A stretch of DNA of 64,000 nt from Felis catus. Lineage: Eukaryota. A model generated the notes under the pieces. That model had not been told where the DNA came from. It did not search any database and saw nothing but the letters and a program-made list of their open reading frames with translations. The stretch is from positions 88,290,001-88,354,000 of the forward strand of contig NC_058368.1 in assembly GCF_018350175.1 (NCBI RefSeq), read 5' to 3'. This document shows, piece after piece, positions 11,467 through 22,942 of the stretch (positions are counted from its first letter, which is position 1; each line of letters starts with the position of its first letter). Made by a program: the position numbers and the translations under genes.

Positions 11467-13300
11467 TTTAATGTGTTGTTGAATTAAGTTTGTTGGTGTC
11501 TTGTTGAGGATTTTTACATCTACATTCACGAAGAATAGTGTCTCATACTTTTGTGTCTTGCTTTGGGATCAGTGTAATGTTGGCTCCATATAATGAGGTG
11601 AGTGTTCCCTTCTCTCCTATGTTTTTCAAATATCATTTGAGAAGAATTGCCATTAACTTTTCTTTAAATCTTTGGTAGTGTTCATCAGGGAGGCCACCTC
11701 GTCCTAGACTTTTATTGTTGAGAGGTTTGTGAATACCAACTTGCTTACTTGTTACAACTCACTTGGAGTTTTAAGTTTCTCTGGAGTCAGTTTTGGTAAT
11801 TTGGGCATTTCTAGGAATTTTTCCCTTTCATGTATGTTATCAGACTTGTTGGAGTGGAGTTATGTCTAGTATTCTCTTAAAATCCTTTTATTTAGGTGAT
11901 GTCAGTAGTGGTGTTCTCAGTTTCATTTCTGTAGTCAGGCTAGCTAAAGCTTTGTTCATTTTGTTGGTCTTTTCACATAACTAACATTGGTCTTATTAAC
12001 TTTTTTTTTCTCATCTCTATTTAATTTTCTCTGCTTTCTAGTTATTGTCTGCTTTCTGCTAGCTTTGGTTTAGTTTGTTCTTCTTTTGTTTCTTAAGTTG
12101 TAAAGTGAAGTTATTTATCAGAGGTCTTTCTTCTTTATAAATGTTAAGTACTTCTTTTATAAAAGAATAAATGGCATAGCTATAATTTTTCCCCATAGTA
12201 CTGCTTTTGCTGCACCCCATACGTTTTGGTATGTTGCATTTTAGTTCTTTTTTTATTTGTCTCTAAGTATTTTGTAACTTTCCTTGTGATTTTTTTCCTT
12301 TGATCCATTTGTTATTTAACAATGTGTTGTTTACTTTTCATGGTTTTTGAATTCTTCCATTTTCTTTATATTACTGATTTCTACTTCACCCTGTCTGGGT
12401 CAGAGAAGATATTTTGTAGGATATTTACCTTTAAGATATACTGGGACTTTGTTTGTGGCCTAATGTATGGTCTATCCTGAAAAATTTCACAAGTGCATTT
12501 GTGTGTGGCTGTTGCGGGGTGGGTGTCTATGTGTGTCTGCTACATCTAGTTGGTTCATTGTGATGTTCGAGTCCTCTCTTTCCTTCCTTATCTTCTGTCT
12601 GGTTGTTCAGTCCATTGTTGAGAGAGGCATATTGAAATATCCAACTATTACAGTAGAGCTGTCTAGTGCTCCTTTCAGTTCTGTCAGTTTTTGCTTCATA
12701 TATTTTGATAGTTTGTCTTTAGGTGTGTAAATGCTTATAATTTTTATATCTTCCTGATGTGTAAACCTTTTATTCATCTATAATGTCCTTCTTTGTCTCT
12801 TGTAACTTTTTTTTAAGAGTCTATTTTATCTGTTAATAGTGTAGCCACCCTGCTCTCTTTTGGTCACTGCTTGCATGAATATATTTTTCCGTCCTTTCAT
12901 TTTCAACTTGTTTGTGCCCTTGGATCTCAGGTGAGTTTCACAAACAGCACAGAATTGGATCATGTATTTTTATCCATTCTTCTAATCTCTGTCTTTTGAT
13001 TGGAGAATTTAATCCATTTACATTTAAAGTAATTACTGATAAGGAGAGACTTCTGTCATGGTGCTATTTGTTTTCTCTATGCCTTGTATCTTTTTGTCCA
13101 TCATTTCTTGAATTACAGTCTTCTTTTGTGCTTAAACACTTTTTTTTCTGTAGTGAAATGTTTAAATTCCTTCTTCATTTCCTTTTGTGTATATTCTACA
13201 GATATTTTCTTTGTTACCATGGGAATTACATTGAACGTGATAAAGTTATAACTTTCTAATTTGAATTTCTAGCAGCCTAAATTCAGTAAATTTTTTTAAT
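11467..13300 (-). mobile_element. Old L1 remnant (continuation of 7085-8020)
   Basis: Degenerate L1 ORF2 antisense (NVDVKILNK..N.IQQHIK at the junction). Confidence 0.7.
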
Positions 13301-13656
13301 TAAGTAAAGCAGACATTAATCTTTCTTAACCTGGTATAAGATTAATCTAAAGTCTCCAGACCGGACCATAAATTTATAGCAAGTTATTAAAAGGATTTTC
13401 ATTAAAATAGAAAATAAGAGAAGGAGACCCAGCATCATTGCAATAAGACCAAAAAATAAAAAAAATAAAAGATGAAAATATGGGAAAAGAAATGATGAAA
13501 CAGTCATTATTTGGGAAAAAAACCCAGGATGTTTCTTTTCCAAATACTAAATTGACAAGGTATTAAAAGTGAGTTCTATAAGGTGGCTGGAAAAATCAAT
13601 GTGCAAAAATCAATAGCTGTCACTAATCAGCAAATACAATAAAAAAAAAGTTTTCA

Positions 13657-13885
13657 GGGGCGCCTGGGTGGCTCAGTCAGTTAAGTGTTCAAGTTCGGCT
13701 CAGGTCATGATATTGCAGTTTGTGAGTTCAAGCCCCATGTTGGGCTCTGTGCTGACAGCTCGGAGCCTGGAGCCTGCTTCGGATTCTGTGTCTCCCCCTC
13801 TCTCTACCCCTTGCCCACTCATGCTTTGTCTCTCTTTCTCTCTCTCTTTCAAAAATTATAAATAAATGTTAAAAAAAGAAAATAA
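13657..13885 (+). mobile_element. CanSINE
   Basis: ggggcgcctgggtggctcagtcagttaag head, CT tract, A tail. Confidence 0.93.
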
Positions 13886-13980
13886 AATATTCAGTAACCA
13901 TAAAAATTCTAAAGTACTCAGGTATAAACCTAGAAAGAAAATATGAGGCCATTATGGAGAAAACTAAAATAACTAATAGA

Positions 13981-14188
13981 TTTTTAATTTTTTTATGTTT
14001 ATTTTTATTTTTGAGACAAAGATGGTATGAGTGAGGGAGAGGCAGAAAGAGAGGTACAGAGGATCTGAAGAAAGCTCCAGGCTTTCTCCTGACAGCAGAG
14101 AGCTTGATGCGGGGCTTGAACTCACAAACTGTGAGATGACCTGGGCCAAAGTTGGATGCTTAACTGACTAAGCCACCCGGGTGCCCCC
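13981..14188 (-). mobile_element. CanSINE
   Basis: Reverse SINEC head ending ...ccacccgggtgcccc; forms an inverted pair with 13657-13885. Confidence 0.88.
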
Positions 14189-14517
14189 ATTTTTAAAATA
14201 AGTTTAAAAAGATTGTTTATAAGTTGAATTTAGAATCTTAAGGAAAACTCTCTTTTGAAATCTGTATTTGTATTTTCAATATACTAAATATACATTCTGT
14301 ACTCAGAATCGATGTAACTCCTTCTCTGTAGACAACAAAGACAGCCAGGGATAACAAAACCGCACACTGACAAAGAAATAGTGATTGATGGGTGGGATTT
14401 CCAGTCTCCTGACACCTGCACTCCCATAACTGACAGAATTCATTCTTCTCTGTAGTGACACAGAGCTGTCATCCTACACAAGCTCCAATTAAGAAACTGA
14501 CCCCTTAGTTCTCTTAC

Positions 14518-14789
14518 CTTGTTGGGAGATGACTCCCCATCCTGTAGCCCAGCAAATGACATTCTGAAGGTTCACATCTGGGGGTGCAACGCAGACTGGG
14601 AGCACAGAGTCAGAAAACACAATGCGAGATTTCAGCTGCACCAGGGCAATGTCCCCTCCAATAGGGTGGTACACTTCATACGTAGGGTGAATGATCACCT
14701 TGTTCACCTCGAACCACTGGGTGTGATTGCCTGCAACCCTGAGGTCCACAAGACCCACATACATATCAAATGCTTCAGTGTTCTTCTCC
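14518..14789 (-). CDS. PRSS38: PRSS38 exon 3 (catalytic Asp)
   Basis: cag/gtaaga boundaries; EKNTEAFDMYVGLVDLRVAGNHTQWFEVNKVIIHPTYEVYHPIGGDIALVQLKSRIVFSDSVLPVC...CWATGWGVISQQ; the LRVAGNHTQW and YHPIGGD segments are recognisably PRSS38; 272 nt. Confidence 0.95.
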
Positions 14790-15346
14790 CTGTGGGGACA
14801 GAGGACAGAGGCACAGTGGCTTGTGCACCTTGTACCTGGGAAGGGAAGTCTCCTAGGAGTTCACAGGCCCAGGGAAGCCTGGAGCATGGTGGCCTGGGTC
14901 TCCAGGCTCTCAGCCAGGATATGGAAAAGCAAACTCCTGCAGCACACTGGAATCCTGGTTGTCTAGGAAAACTGCCCCCAAAGAAGTCCTAAGCTGGGCC
15001 CATGGAGGATTCAGGGACTCATCATGACATGCTGCTCACTGTCAGCCCGGGAGGGTGAACTTAGGTGTGCAGTGAGTCGCCCATGAAGGTACGTCTTTCC
15101 TCACCTCTCCTGTGATGTTTCCTCTCACCTCTCATCCTATGACGAGGCTCCACACCTGTCCCAAAGAGCCAATGGCCCCCAAGGAGCCCTAAGCCCTGTG
15201 AGAGGAGAAGCTGCCCTGGCTGGAACTGTGTGCTGGGCACCACTCTCTCCCCCACTTCTGGGAAGTCCCAGCTGTAGGTAGCCCACGTGGTCAACCCCAG
15301 AGGCCCTGGACCTCCTAGGGAATGGCATCTGGTGCTGCCCACTCAC

Positions 15347-15509
15347 TTCTGGAAGCAGTGGGCTGCCGACAGGATCCAGTACTCATCGATGATGGACCCT
15401 CCGCAGACGTGGAAGCCTGCATAGTGCACGCTGACCTGCCATGGCCACTTCCTTTCTGGGACATCCACGCCCCCCACAATCTTCCCCTGTATGTAACGAT
15501 GGCCACAGG
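15347..15509 (-). CDS. PRSS38: PRSS38 exon 2 (activation site K|IVGG, catalytic His)
   Basis: cag acceptor and gtgagt donor; ACGHRYIQGKIVGGVDVPERKWPWQVSVHYAGFHVCGGSIIDEYWILSAAHCFQ; 163 nt, frame-compatible with exons 1 and 3. Confidence 0.95.
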
Positions 15510-15589
15510 CTGAGGAGAAAGGGACAGAGTCTGCAAGTTATCAGCGGTGGCAGGTGGATTGGGTTGGGGAGAAACACAGAGTGGCAGAG

Positions 15590-15880
15590 AGGTCCTGCCT
15601 CTGGGTGAGAAGGGAAGGGAAAGTTTGGGGAGGTCAGGAAGAGGGCAGGGAAAGGGAAAGACAGGGAGGGGTGAGGCATGAGAGGGAATGGGAGGGGAAG
15701 TTGGGGGGAGGGCCAAGAAAGGGAGGCCAGGGCAAGGGAGGGGATGAGAGTGAGGGTAGGAAAGGGAAGGCAGGTAAGGGAAGGTGCTGAGGAGGGGCGG
15801 AGAGGTGCAGGGAAGGGCGTGAAAGGAGGATAGGAGCAGGGAGGGGCTGGGAGGGGCGGAGAGAGGCAGAGAGGGGTGGG
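15590..15880. repeat. Polypurine/polypyrimidine (GA-rich) tract filling PRSS38 intron 1
   Basis: Almost entirely G/A on the plus strand. Confidence 0.8.
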
Positions 15881-15953
15881 CCTCCACCGCACGGAAAAGA
15901 AGCCCCGAAACCGCCCCTAGGACCCCTTCAACTTGGGCTGGGAAGGGTCCTAC

Positions 15954-16113
15954 CCACTTCTCGGTTCAAGGAGACACCCTCGATCCTGGGGTGTCCGTGG
16001 GCTATGGCTGCAACTTGGGTGGGGGGCAGGAGGAGCAGGAGCAGGATGAGGCCGGGGGCTGCAGGCACCGAGGCTCCAAGCACAGCATGAGGGACAGATG
16101 GCCGGGAAGCCAT
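15954..16113 (-). CDS. PRSS38: PRSS38 exon 1 (signal peptide and propeptide)
   Basis: ATG at 16113; MASRPSVPHAVLGASVPAAPGLILLLLLLPPTQVAAIAHGHPRIEGVSLNREV; Leu-rich signal peptide; phase-1 GT donor (gtagga); 160 nt. Confidence 0.85.
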
Positions 16114-16195
16114 GAGGTGGGAGGGTCCCAGGGGTTCAAGGGCAGGACCTCGTCCGACTTGCAACCCTGCTGGGGCATGCGACGCCAGGAAGATA

Positions 16196-16425
16196 TGAGG
16201 GCACCGCAGCACCTCGGCGCAGAGCACGTGACAGCAGAGAACACGTGAGGGCACCGCAGCTCCTCGGCGCAGAGCACGTGACAGCACAGAACACGTGAGG
16301 GCACCGCAGCGCCTCGGCGTGGGGCATGTAACACCGGGAACACATGAGGGCACCATAGTGCCATGGCAGGGGGCACGTGACAACACAGAACACATGAGGG
16401 CGTGCAGCTCCATGGAGCAGGGCAC
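16196..16425. repeat. 50-bp minisatellite (about 4.5 units) upstream of the PRSS38 ATG
   Basis: Unit tgagggcaccgcagcacctcggcgcagagcacgtgacagcagagaacacg starts at 16196, 16246, 16296, 16345 and 16395. Confidence 0.92.
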
Positions 16426-16786
16426 AAGACACCAGGAACATTGATTGGCGGGAACCCTGACTACCTGTTTTGGGCAGACACGTGGTGTCTCAGCCACCTG
16501 GGCAGGCCCCCTCCTCCTGGAGTACCCGCAGGCTGCAGGCTCCTCAGTCCCCATCAGGGAGCCAGTCTCTGGTGGCCTCGCTCCCAGACAGCCCACTCTT
16601 GGGGTCACTCCGATTGTACATTCCGGCTCATGTGTTCTGGCCTGTCTGTCCACCTTCATGTTTCCCAAGGGACAGGACTCCACCTGCGTCCCCTCACTGC
16701 AGGCTTGGGATGGGAAAGAGTGGTGCCTCCTACTCTGGGTGGGGGGAGAGAAGAGGGCCCGTCCTGCAGGGGGTGTGGACACATGG

Positions 16787-16996
16787 CATTGGTTCTCAAC
16801 CAGGAGTGATGTTCCCAGGGGACATTAGGTAGTGTCAGGAGCCATTGTCGATGATCAGAATTGGGGGGTGTGGTATTGGCATCTAGTGGGTTGTTCAGGG
16901 ACGCTGCTAAGTAGCCTACAGTGCACCTGCTGCCACCCTCCCAGAACCAATAACTGTCCAGACCCAAGGTCAATAATGCTGAGGCTGAGATATCTC
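16787..16996 (+). mobile_element. MER20-like hAT-Charlie DNA transposon fossil
   Basis: ca.tggttctcaacc start, tggcatctagtggg..agggacgctgctaa core, gtcaataatgctgaggctgaga end. Confidence 0.8.
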
Positions 16997-17194
16997 AGCC
17001 TGCAGGTTCTGCAGGGACCACCTTACTGTGGGGGAAGGGGTTGGAAGTTGGCCTTCCACTGATGAATTCTGCTTCTGAGGCGCCTTTTGGGGGGCAGAGT
17101 GTGGAGCTTTCCCAATGTCTGCCTTGAGAATAGGAAGGATGGTTAGAGCGTTCCATCATGTTGGGCCACCCTGGTCTGTGGGTTTAGTTAGGAC

Positions 17195-18100
17195 TAATGT
17201 GTGAGAGTATGTGTGTGAACGTGTGTGAGATTCTGTGAGCATGTGAGAGCATGTGAGAGTGTGTAAGCATGTCAGGGTGTGGGTATGTGTGAGCGTGTGA
17301 GCATATGTGTGTGACTGTGAGCATGTGTGACTGTGAGAGCGTGTGAGAGTGTATTGTGTGACTGTGAACATGTGTGAGTGTGTGAGAGTGAGTGTGTAAG
17401 CATGTGAAGGTGTGGCTGTGAGCATGTGAGAGGGTATGTGTGTGCCTGTGAGCATGTGTGAGAGTGTGTGTGAGAGTATGTAAGCATGTGAGAGTATGGG
17501 TGTGTGTGAGCGTGTGAGAGTGTATTGTGTGACTGTAAGCATGTGTGAGTGTATGAGCATGAATGTGTAAGCATGTGAGAGTGTATGTGTGTGAGTCTGT
17601 GAGAGTGTGGGTATGTGTGAGTGTATGTGTGTGACTGTGAGCATGTGTGAGTGTATATGTGTGTGTGTGAGAGTGAGCGTGTGAGACTGTGTATGAGTGT
17701 ATATATGTGAGTGTGTGAAAGTGTGCGTGCATGTCTGGGAAACTGTGTGTGAGTGTGAGTGTAGGTGTGTGAATGTGAGAATGTGTGGGTGTGTGTGTGA
17801 TAGTGTGTGTGTGTGACTGTGAGCATGTGTGTTGGCATATGTGTATGTATGTGAGAGTGTGTATGAGTGTATATGTGTGTGAGGGCGTGTGTGCATGTGT
17901 GGGAGAGTGTGTGTCAGAGTGAGTGTAGGTATGTGTGAGTGTATGTGAGTGTATGTTTGAGTGTGTATGTGTGTGAGTCAGTGTGTGTGTGTGTGTCAGA
18001 GTGTGTGAGTGTGTTTCAGAGTGTGTGTGTGAGTCAGTGTGTGTGAATGTGTGTGAGCGTACGTGTGTGAGAAAGAGTGTGTATGCATGCATGTGTGTGG
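17195..18100. repeat. Compound (TG/GA)n low-complexity repeat
   Basis: Degenerate gtgtgagcatgtgaga array of about 900 bp. Confidence 0.95.
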
Positions 18101-18999
18101 GCATTTCCAGGTCGCAGGCTCCTCTACATCCAAGTTGGACACGTGGGAGGAAAGAAACACTGCAGGGAACTCCCCACTGAGCTGCTTGCTCTTCAAGTCC
18201 TGTGGCCCTAGCTAGTCTATTTATCCTTTCAAAATCTCCTGTGTGTGACTTGTGTGGTTGTGAGTAGTGGGAGGAACAACATGGAATGTGCTCATCATTT
18301 TTGTCTAAACCTGAAGGAACTTCTCCCAGCTGAGTTAATTTCCACCAAACTGCTATTTTCACTTGCTTGAATTGATGTTTATTTTCCATGTTGGAGGCTT
18401 TCCTTCGATGTCTGCTCTTCCTTTGTTTTCCATTTGAAATTAAGACTACTGGAATGAAAAGTGATTGGAAACTCGGGTGTGGACAGTGCTGGGTGAGTCA
18501 TGGGTAGCCTGTGATGTCAGCAACTTCAGGACATCCCTCTAAGCTTGTCAGCTTGTACACATGATCTCAGGCTCCTTCCTGAGGCAGGGGTCTTACTGCA
18601 GACTCTGGGAACTCAGGTAGAAGGTAGTTGTGTTTTAATAATCTGCATTGTGTATACTATGTCCTAATGCTCGTAACCTAACGCTGGCACCCAGGGCCCT
18701 AAACTGTGGATTTTGCTTGTTACTCTGCAGAAAATAGAACTCTAGATTGCGATAGTGAGGCACATAGCCTGAAGGTGTGGAGTGGGGGGAAGATTTAGGG
18801 TTGTAACTTCTTCTCAGTTTTCCCTGGACACTCCTGGGTGTATCAACCCCTCCCACAGTCAGAGCTAGACACACCGCTTCTTCCTGAGGATTCTGTATTG
18901 TAGATCAGGATGTTTTCTGCTTTCTCCGTGGCCTACTCAGTTCTGTTACATCAGTCACTACTTATATATATCTGTCATCCACTTGGTCAAAAACCATTC

Positions 19000-20340
19000 T
19001 TATTAAAGTATAATTTACACACAGTAAAATGAATCAAATCATGCAAGTTTTGAAAAATGCTTGCAGTCATGTTACCACCACAATCAAGCTATAGAAGAGT
19101 CCCATTGCCTTCCCCTTTAGAGTCCTTCTGCCCATAGTCCCTTGAAACAGCTAATCTAGACTTCCATCCACACAGTTTGCCTTTTCCAAAATGTCATATA
19201 TGCATTCTTTAAAGTCTGGCTTTCCTTACTTGGTATAATGCATTTGAGATCCATCCACGTTTTGCCAGTAAAACTGATTGGCCTCAACATTTCTTTTCTG
19301 GGGGATTTTAACTATGAATTTAAGCTCTGCAATACTTATAGGATTGTTTAGGTTATTGGTTTATTCTTGAGGGAGTTTTGGTATGTTGTATCTTTCAAAG
19401 AAATTGTCCATTTCACTTGAGTGGTAGAACTTAGAGCCATAAAGTTGTTAGAAAAATTCCCTTGTTATTATTTCAATGCCTGTAGTAATGACCCTCTTTC
19501 ATTCCTGATACTGGTGGCTTCTAACTAGATTTTATTTATGAAGGCTGTTGTTTCTTTGTATGCTACTTGACTGAATTTTCTTCCATTCGTGATAGTTTCA
19601 CATCGATTCCTTTTTAGGTATTAAATTGAAAGAGCTCTTTATATATTCGTGATACAAGTATCATCAGATGTATGATTACCAAATACTTTCTCACAGTAGA
19701 AAGAAATTAGGTTACCTTTTGATTTTCTTGAATTCACTCTATGGCTCACAAAAGTTTTTAACTTTAGAACTTAAAGAAGTCCAATTTATCTATTTTCTTT
19801 TGACATTGGTACTTTTAGAGTCATATCTAAGAAATCATTGCTTAACCACCAAGGTCATGAAGAGTTAATCCTGTGTTTTCTTCTAAGTGTTTTATAATTC
19901 CAGCTCCTATATTTAGGCCTTCAATCCATTTGGAGTTAAATTTGAATATGGTGTGAGGCAGGGGTCCAGATTCACTCTTTTGCATGTGGATGTACAGTTG
20001 TGTTAGGATCATTTATTGAAAAGACTAATATTTTTCCCATCGATTGTCTTGGAACCCTTGTCATAAAACAACTGACCATAAATGAAGGGTTTATTTCTGG
20101 ACTCTTAATTCTGTTCTATTGAGGTGTATTTCTGTTCTTACACAAATTCCACACTCTTTCAATTATTGTAGCTTTGTCGTAAATTTGTGATCACAAAATT
20201 AAGTCCTCCAGCTCTGTTCTTCTCCAAAATTTTTTTGTCTATTCTGAGTCCTTCACATGAATTTTAAGGTCAACTTATAAATTTCTAAGGAAACCCTGCT
20301 GGAAGTTTGACTTTAGTGAATCTGGAGAGTAGTACCATCT
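19000..20340 (-). mobile_element. Old L1 fragments
   Basis: L1 3'UTR and ORF2 antisense motifs (ttgcatgtggat..cagttg, tttatttctggactct). Confidence 0.65.
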
Positions 20341-20812
20341 GTTACAGTTTGAATTATCCTCCCCCCACTCCGCCCGCCCCGTAACAGATATGTTGAGGTC
20401 CTATTGTCGGTACCTCAGAATGTGACTTTATTTGGAAATAGGGTCGTTGCAAATGTAATTAAAGTTAAAATGAGGTCAAACCAGGGTATCCTTGATCCAA
20501 AATAACTGTTGCTTTATGAGAAGAAGAGAGAGGAGCATACAGGGAGAAGATGGCCTTGTGATGGAGAATGCAGTGTGAAGGTGGAGGCAGAGATGGAGGG
20601 AGGGATGCATCGACAAGTGGAGGAATGCCAAAGTTGCCAGCAGCATGAGAAACCTGGATGTGGAGATGTACTCCCTCAGAACCCTTACACAAACAGCCTT
20701 GCTGACACCTCAATTTTGGAATTCTGGCCTCCATAACTGAGAGAGAATGAATTTATGTTGTTTTAAGTCAAGTGTGTGCTATTTTGTTATGGCAGCCCCA
20801 GGAAACAAATAC
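20340..20812 (+). mobile_element. MaLR (MLT1-type) LTR
   Basis: tacctcagaatgtgactttatttggaaatagggtc...gttatggcagccccaggaaacaaataca. Confidence 0.85.
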
Positions 20813-20829
20813 AAATTTTGGAACCAGGA

Positions 20830-22010
20830 GTGGGGTTTGGCAAGTTTGAAATCTATAAGGCACGTAGTAGCCTGGAGTTTTGAGCAAGTGTTGAAGTTAA
20901 GGTCTTGAGTCTGAAATCTGCAGGGCAGGTGGGCAGGCTGGAAATGGAGCAGGCTGGAAATGTGGCAGCCTTAAGGCAGAGATCCAGGATACCTCAGGGC
21001 TTTGCTGTGAAGGCCATCAACTGATTGGATGATGCCACTCACATAACAAAGGTAATCTCCTTTACTTAAAGTCTATGATTATAAATATTAATCACATGTA
21101 CAAAACACCTTTACAGCAACATCTGGAGAACATCTGAGCAAACAATTGGACACCATAGCCTAGCCCAGTTGACCCATAAAATTGCCCATGACAGTTCATT
21201 CCTTGTCAATTCAGTGCCCGTACATATCTCCTTAATCCATAGTTAATCTCCAAATAACGACAATATGAAGTCTTATTTCCATCTATCATGATAGAACCAT
21301 CTCGAATGTAAGTGAAAATGCACTAACCCTTTCCCAGGAGAGTATGCAAAGTGCACAGGTGATGCTCACTCTTCTCTTATAGAATCATCTATTCTTTTGT
21401 AAAATATTTATTTATTTATTTATTTATTTCAAGAGAGTGAGCACACGTGAGTGGTGAAATGGCAGAGAGAGAGGGGAAGAGAGAGTCCTAAGCAGGCTCC
21501 GTGCTCAGTGCAGAGCCCAACATGGGGTTTGATCCCACAAACTGTGAGATCATGATCTGAGCTAAAATCCAGAGTCAGATTCTCAACCCACTGAGCCACC
21601 CAGGCATTCTCACACACACACACACGCACGCACGCACGCACACACGCACACACACACACACACACACATTCTTAACAAAATGAGGAAAAAATACTCATTG
21701 CAATTACAGTCCGAGTTTCTGCAAATGGGCACGTGGTCCTTGCTGGTCTCTGTAAGTACTCTCCTCCACTCCTTATTCTGTATCCCCTTTTGCCCTTGGC
21801 AAGCACCTCAGGTGGTTGTGGCCCGTGACCTGGTGCAATGACCCAAGTCTGCCTTCCTGAAGCACCTGTGCCATTGGTTCTGCCTGAACTGTGTTGTTTT
21901 CCACTGATTTAATCACTGGGCACGGTAATGCTAGACACACCCCGAGAAACGTCCTGTATTCCACATGAACTCCTTCCCTCCACTGTGGACATGCAGCTCA
22001 GTTTCCTTTT
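20830..22010. mobile_element. MLT2/ERVL LTR plus internal remnant
   Basis: caactgattggatgatgccac...cagcaacatct...caccatagcctagcccagttgacccataaaatt, followed by ERVL-like internal sequence; interrupted by a SINE. Confidence 0.7.
21405..21610 (-). mobile_element. CanSINE with adjacent (CA)n microsatellite
   Basis: SINEC body with (TTTA)n tail; (CA)n at 21611-21668. Confidence 0.88.
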
Positions 22011-22146
22011 GGTGCATTTGTTCTTGGTTTCTCTCCTACTCCTTTTTATCTTGTTAAGGTTGCTAGTGACGGCTCCACTTTCCTAAGTTTGCTTGTCTTG
22101 GTCAGTGTAGCTAAACCACACTGGTTCCTTAGGGTTGACATATATG

Positions 22147-22523
22147 TTTTTTTTTTTATTTTTAATGTTTATTTATTTTTGAGAGAGAGAGACACAGCAT
22201 GAGCTATCAGCATAGAGCCTGATGTGAGGCTTGAACCATGAACCATGAGATCATGACCTGAGCCGAAGTTGGACGTTTAACTGAGTCACCCAGGTGCCCT
22301 GGCCATTATATGTTTTTTTTTAACGTTTATTTTTGAGACAGAGAGGGACAGAGCATGAACGGGGGAGGGTCAGAGAGAGAGGGAGACACAGAATCTGAAA
22401 CAGGCTCCAGGCTCTGAGCTGTCAGCACAGGGCCCGACGCGGGGCTCGAACTCACAGACTGTGAGAGATCATGACCCGAGCTGAAGTTGGACGCTCAACC
22501 GACTGAGCCACCCAGGCGCCCCT
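22147..22523 (-). mobile_element. Two tandem CanSINEs (the first internally deleted)
   Basis: Heads end at about 22299 and 22522; tatatgttt is repeated at the junctions. Confidence 0.88.
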
Positions 22524-22732
22524 ATATGTTTAAATTATCAACAAGAGGCGGTCTTGAACTTTGCCTTCTCACTTCCTCAGGTTATATTCTACTGTCTAAT
22601 GGTTTCACCGCTGGGCTGGACAGTGGCTTAATTGCTTCATGGGGGATGCATCTGGGAAGAAGTATGATGATTTGTAAGGGGCGCTTGTGCATAGCTATTC
22701 ATCATGAATGTTATGCAGCCATAAACTCTTAT

Positions 22733-22942
22733 TTTTAATGTTTATTTATCTGAGAGAGAGAGAGAGAGAGAGAGAGAGCGTGCACGCATGAGTAGGGGAG
22801 GGGCAGAGAGAGGGAGAGAGAGAGAATCCCAAGCAGGTTTCATGCTCAGTGCAGAGCTGTATGCAGGGCTTGAAACCACGATCATGACCTGAGCTGAAAC
22901 CAAGAGTTTGTCACTCAACCAACTGAGCCACTCAGGCACCCC
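22733..22942 (-). mobile_element. CanSINE
   Basis: SINEC head, (GA)n tract and tail. Confidence 0.9.

Larger units (their letters stand above)
850..15330 (-). pseudogene. Tentative decayed GREB1-family unit D lying in PRSS38 introns 2-4 and the 3' flank
   Basis: Best segments: LGQLHSTLCP~LGAFFSTLCP (about 6510-6540); ORF 5228..5587 aligns over about 100 aa in one frame (LLCMP~LLRVP, FGSPSLAPKV~LGSPSSGVTV, QLFFSQSD~ILIFSGMD); ERAAVGARASLWPLAPASLE~NSAGVGAAHFLIKELSYHNLE (ORF 1213..1479). By-eye alignment only. Confidence 0.33.

Noticed and set aside
8548..11529. Reverse-transcriptase-like ORFs as an active element or host gene
   Set aside because: 5'-truncated, frameshifted L1 ORF2 fragments.
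17156..18100. Long His/Thr-rich ORFs (up to 401 aa)
   Set aside because: Translations of a (CA/TG)-type low-complexity array, open in all three frames. The same applies to ORFs at 39147-40094 and 48003-48720.
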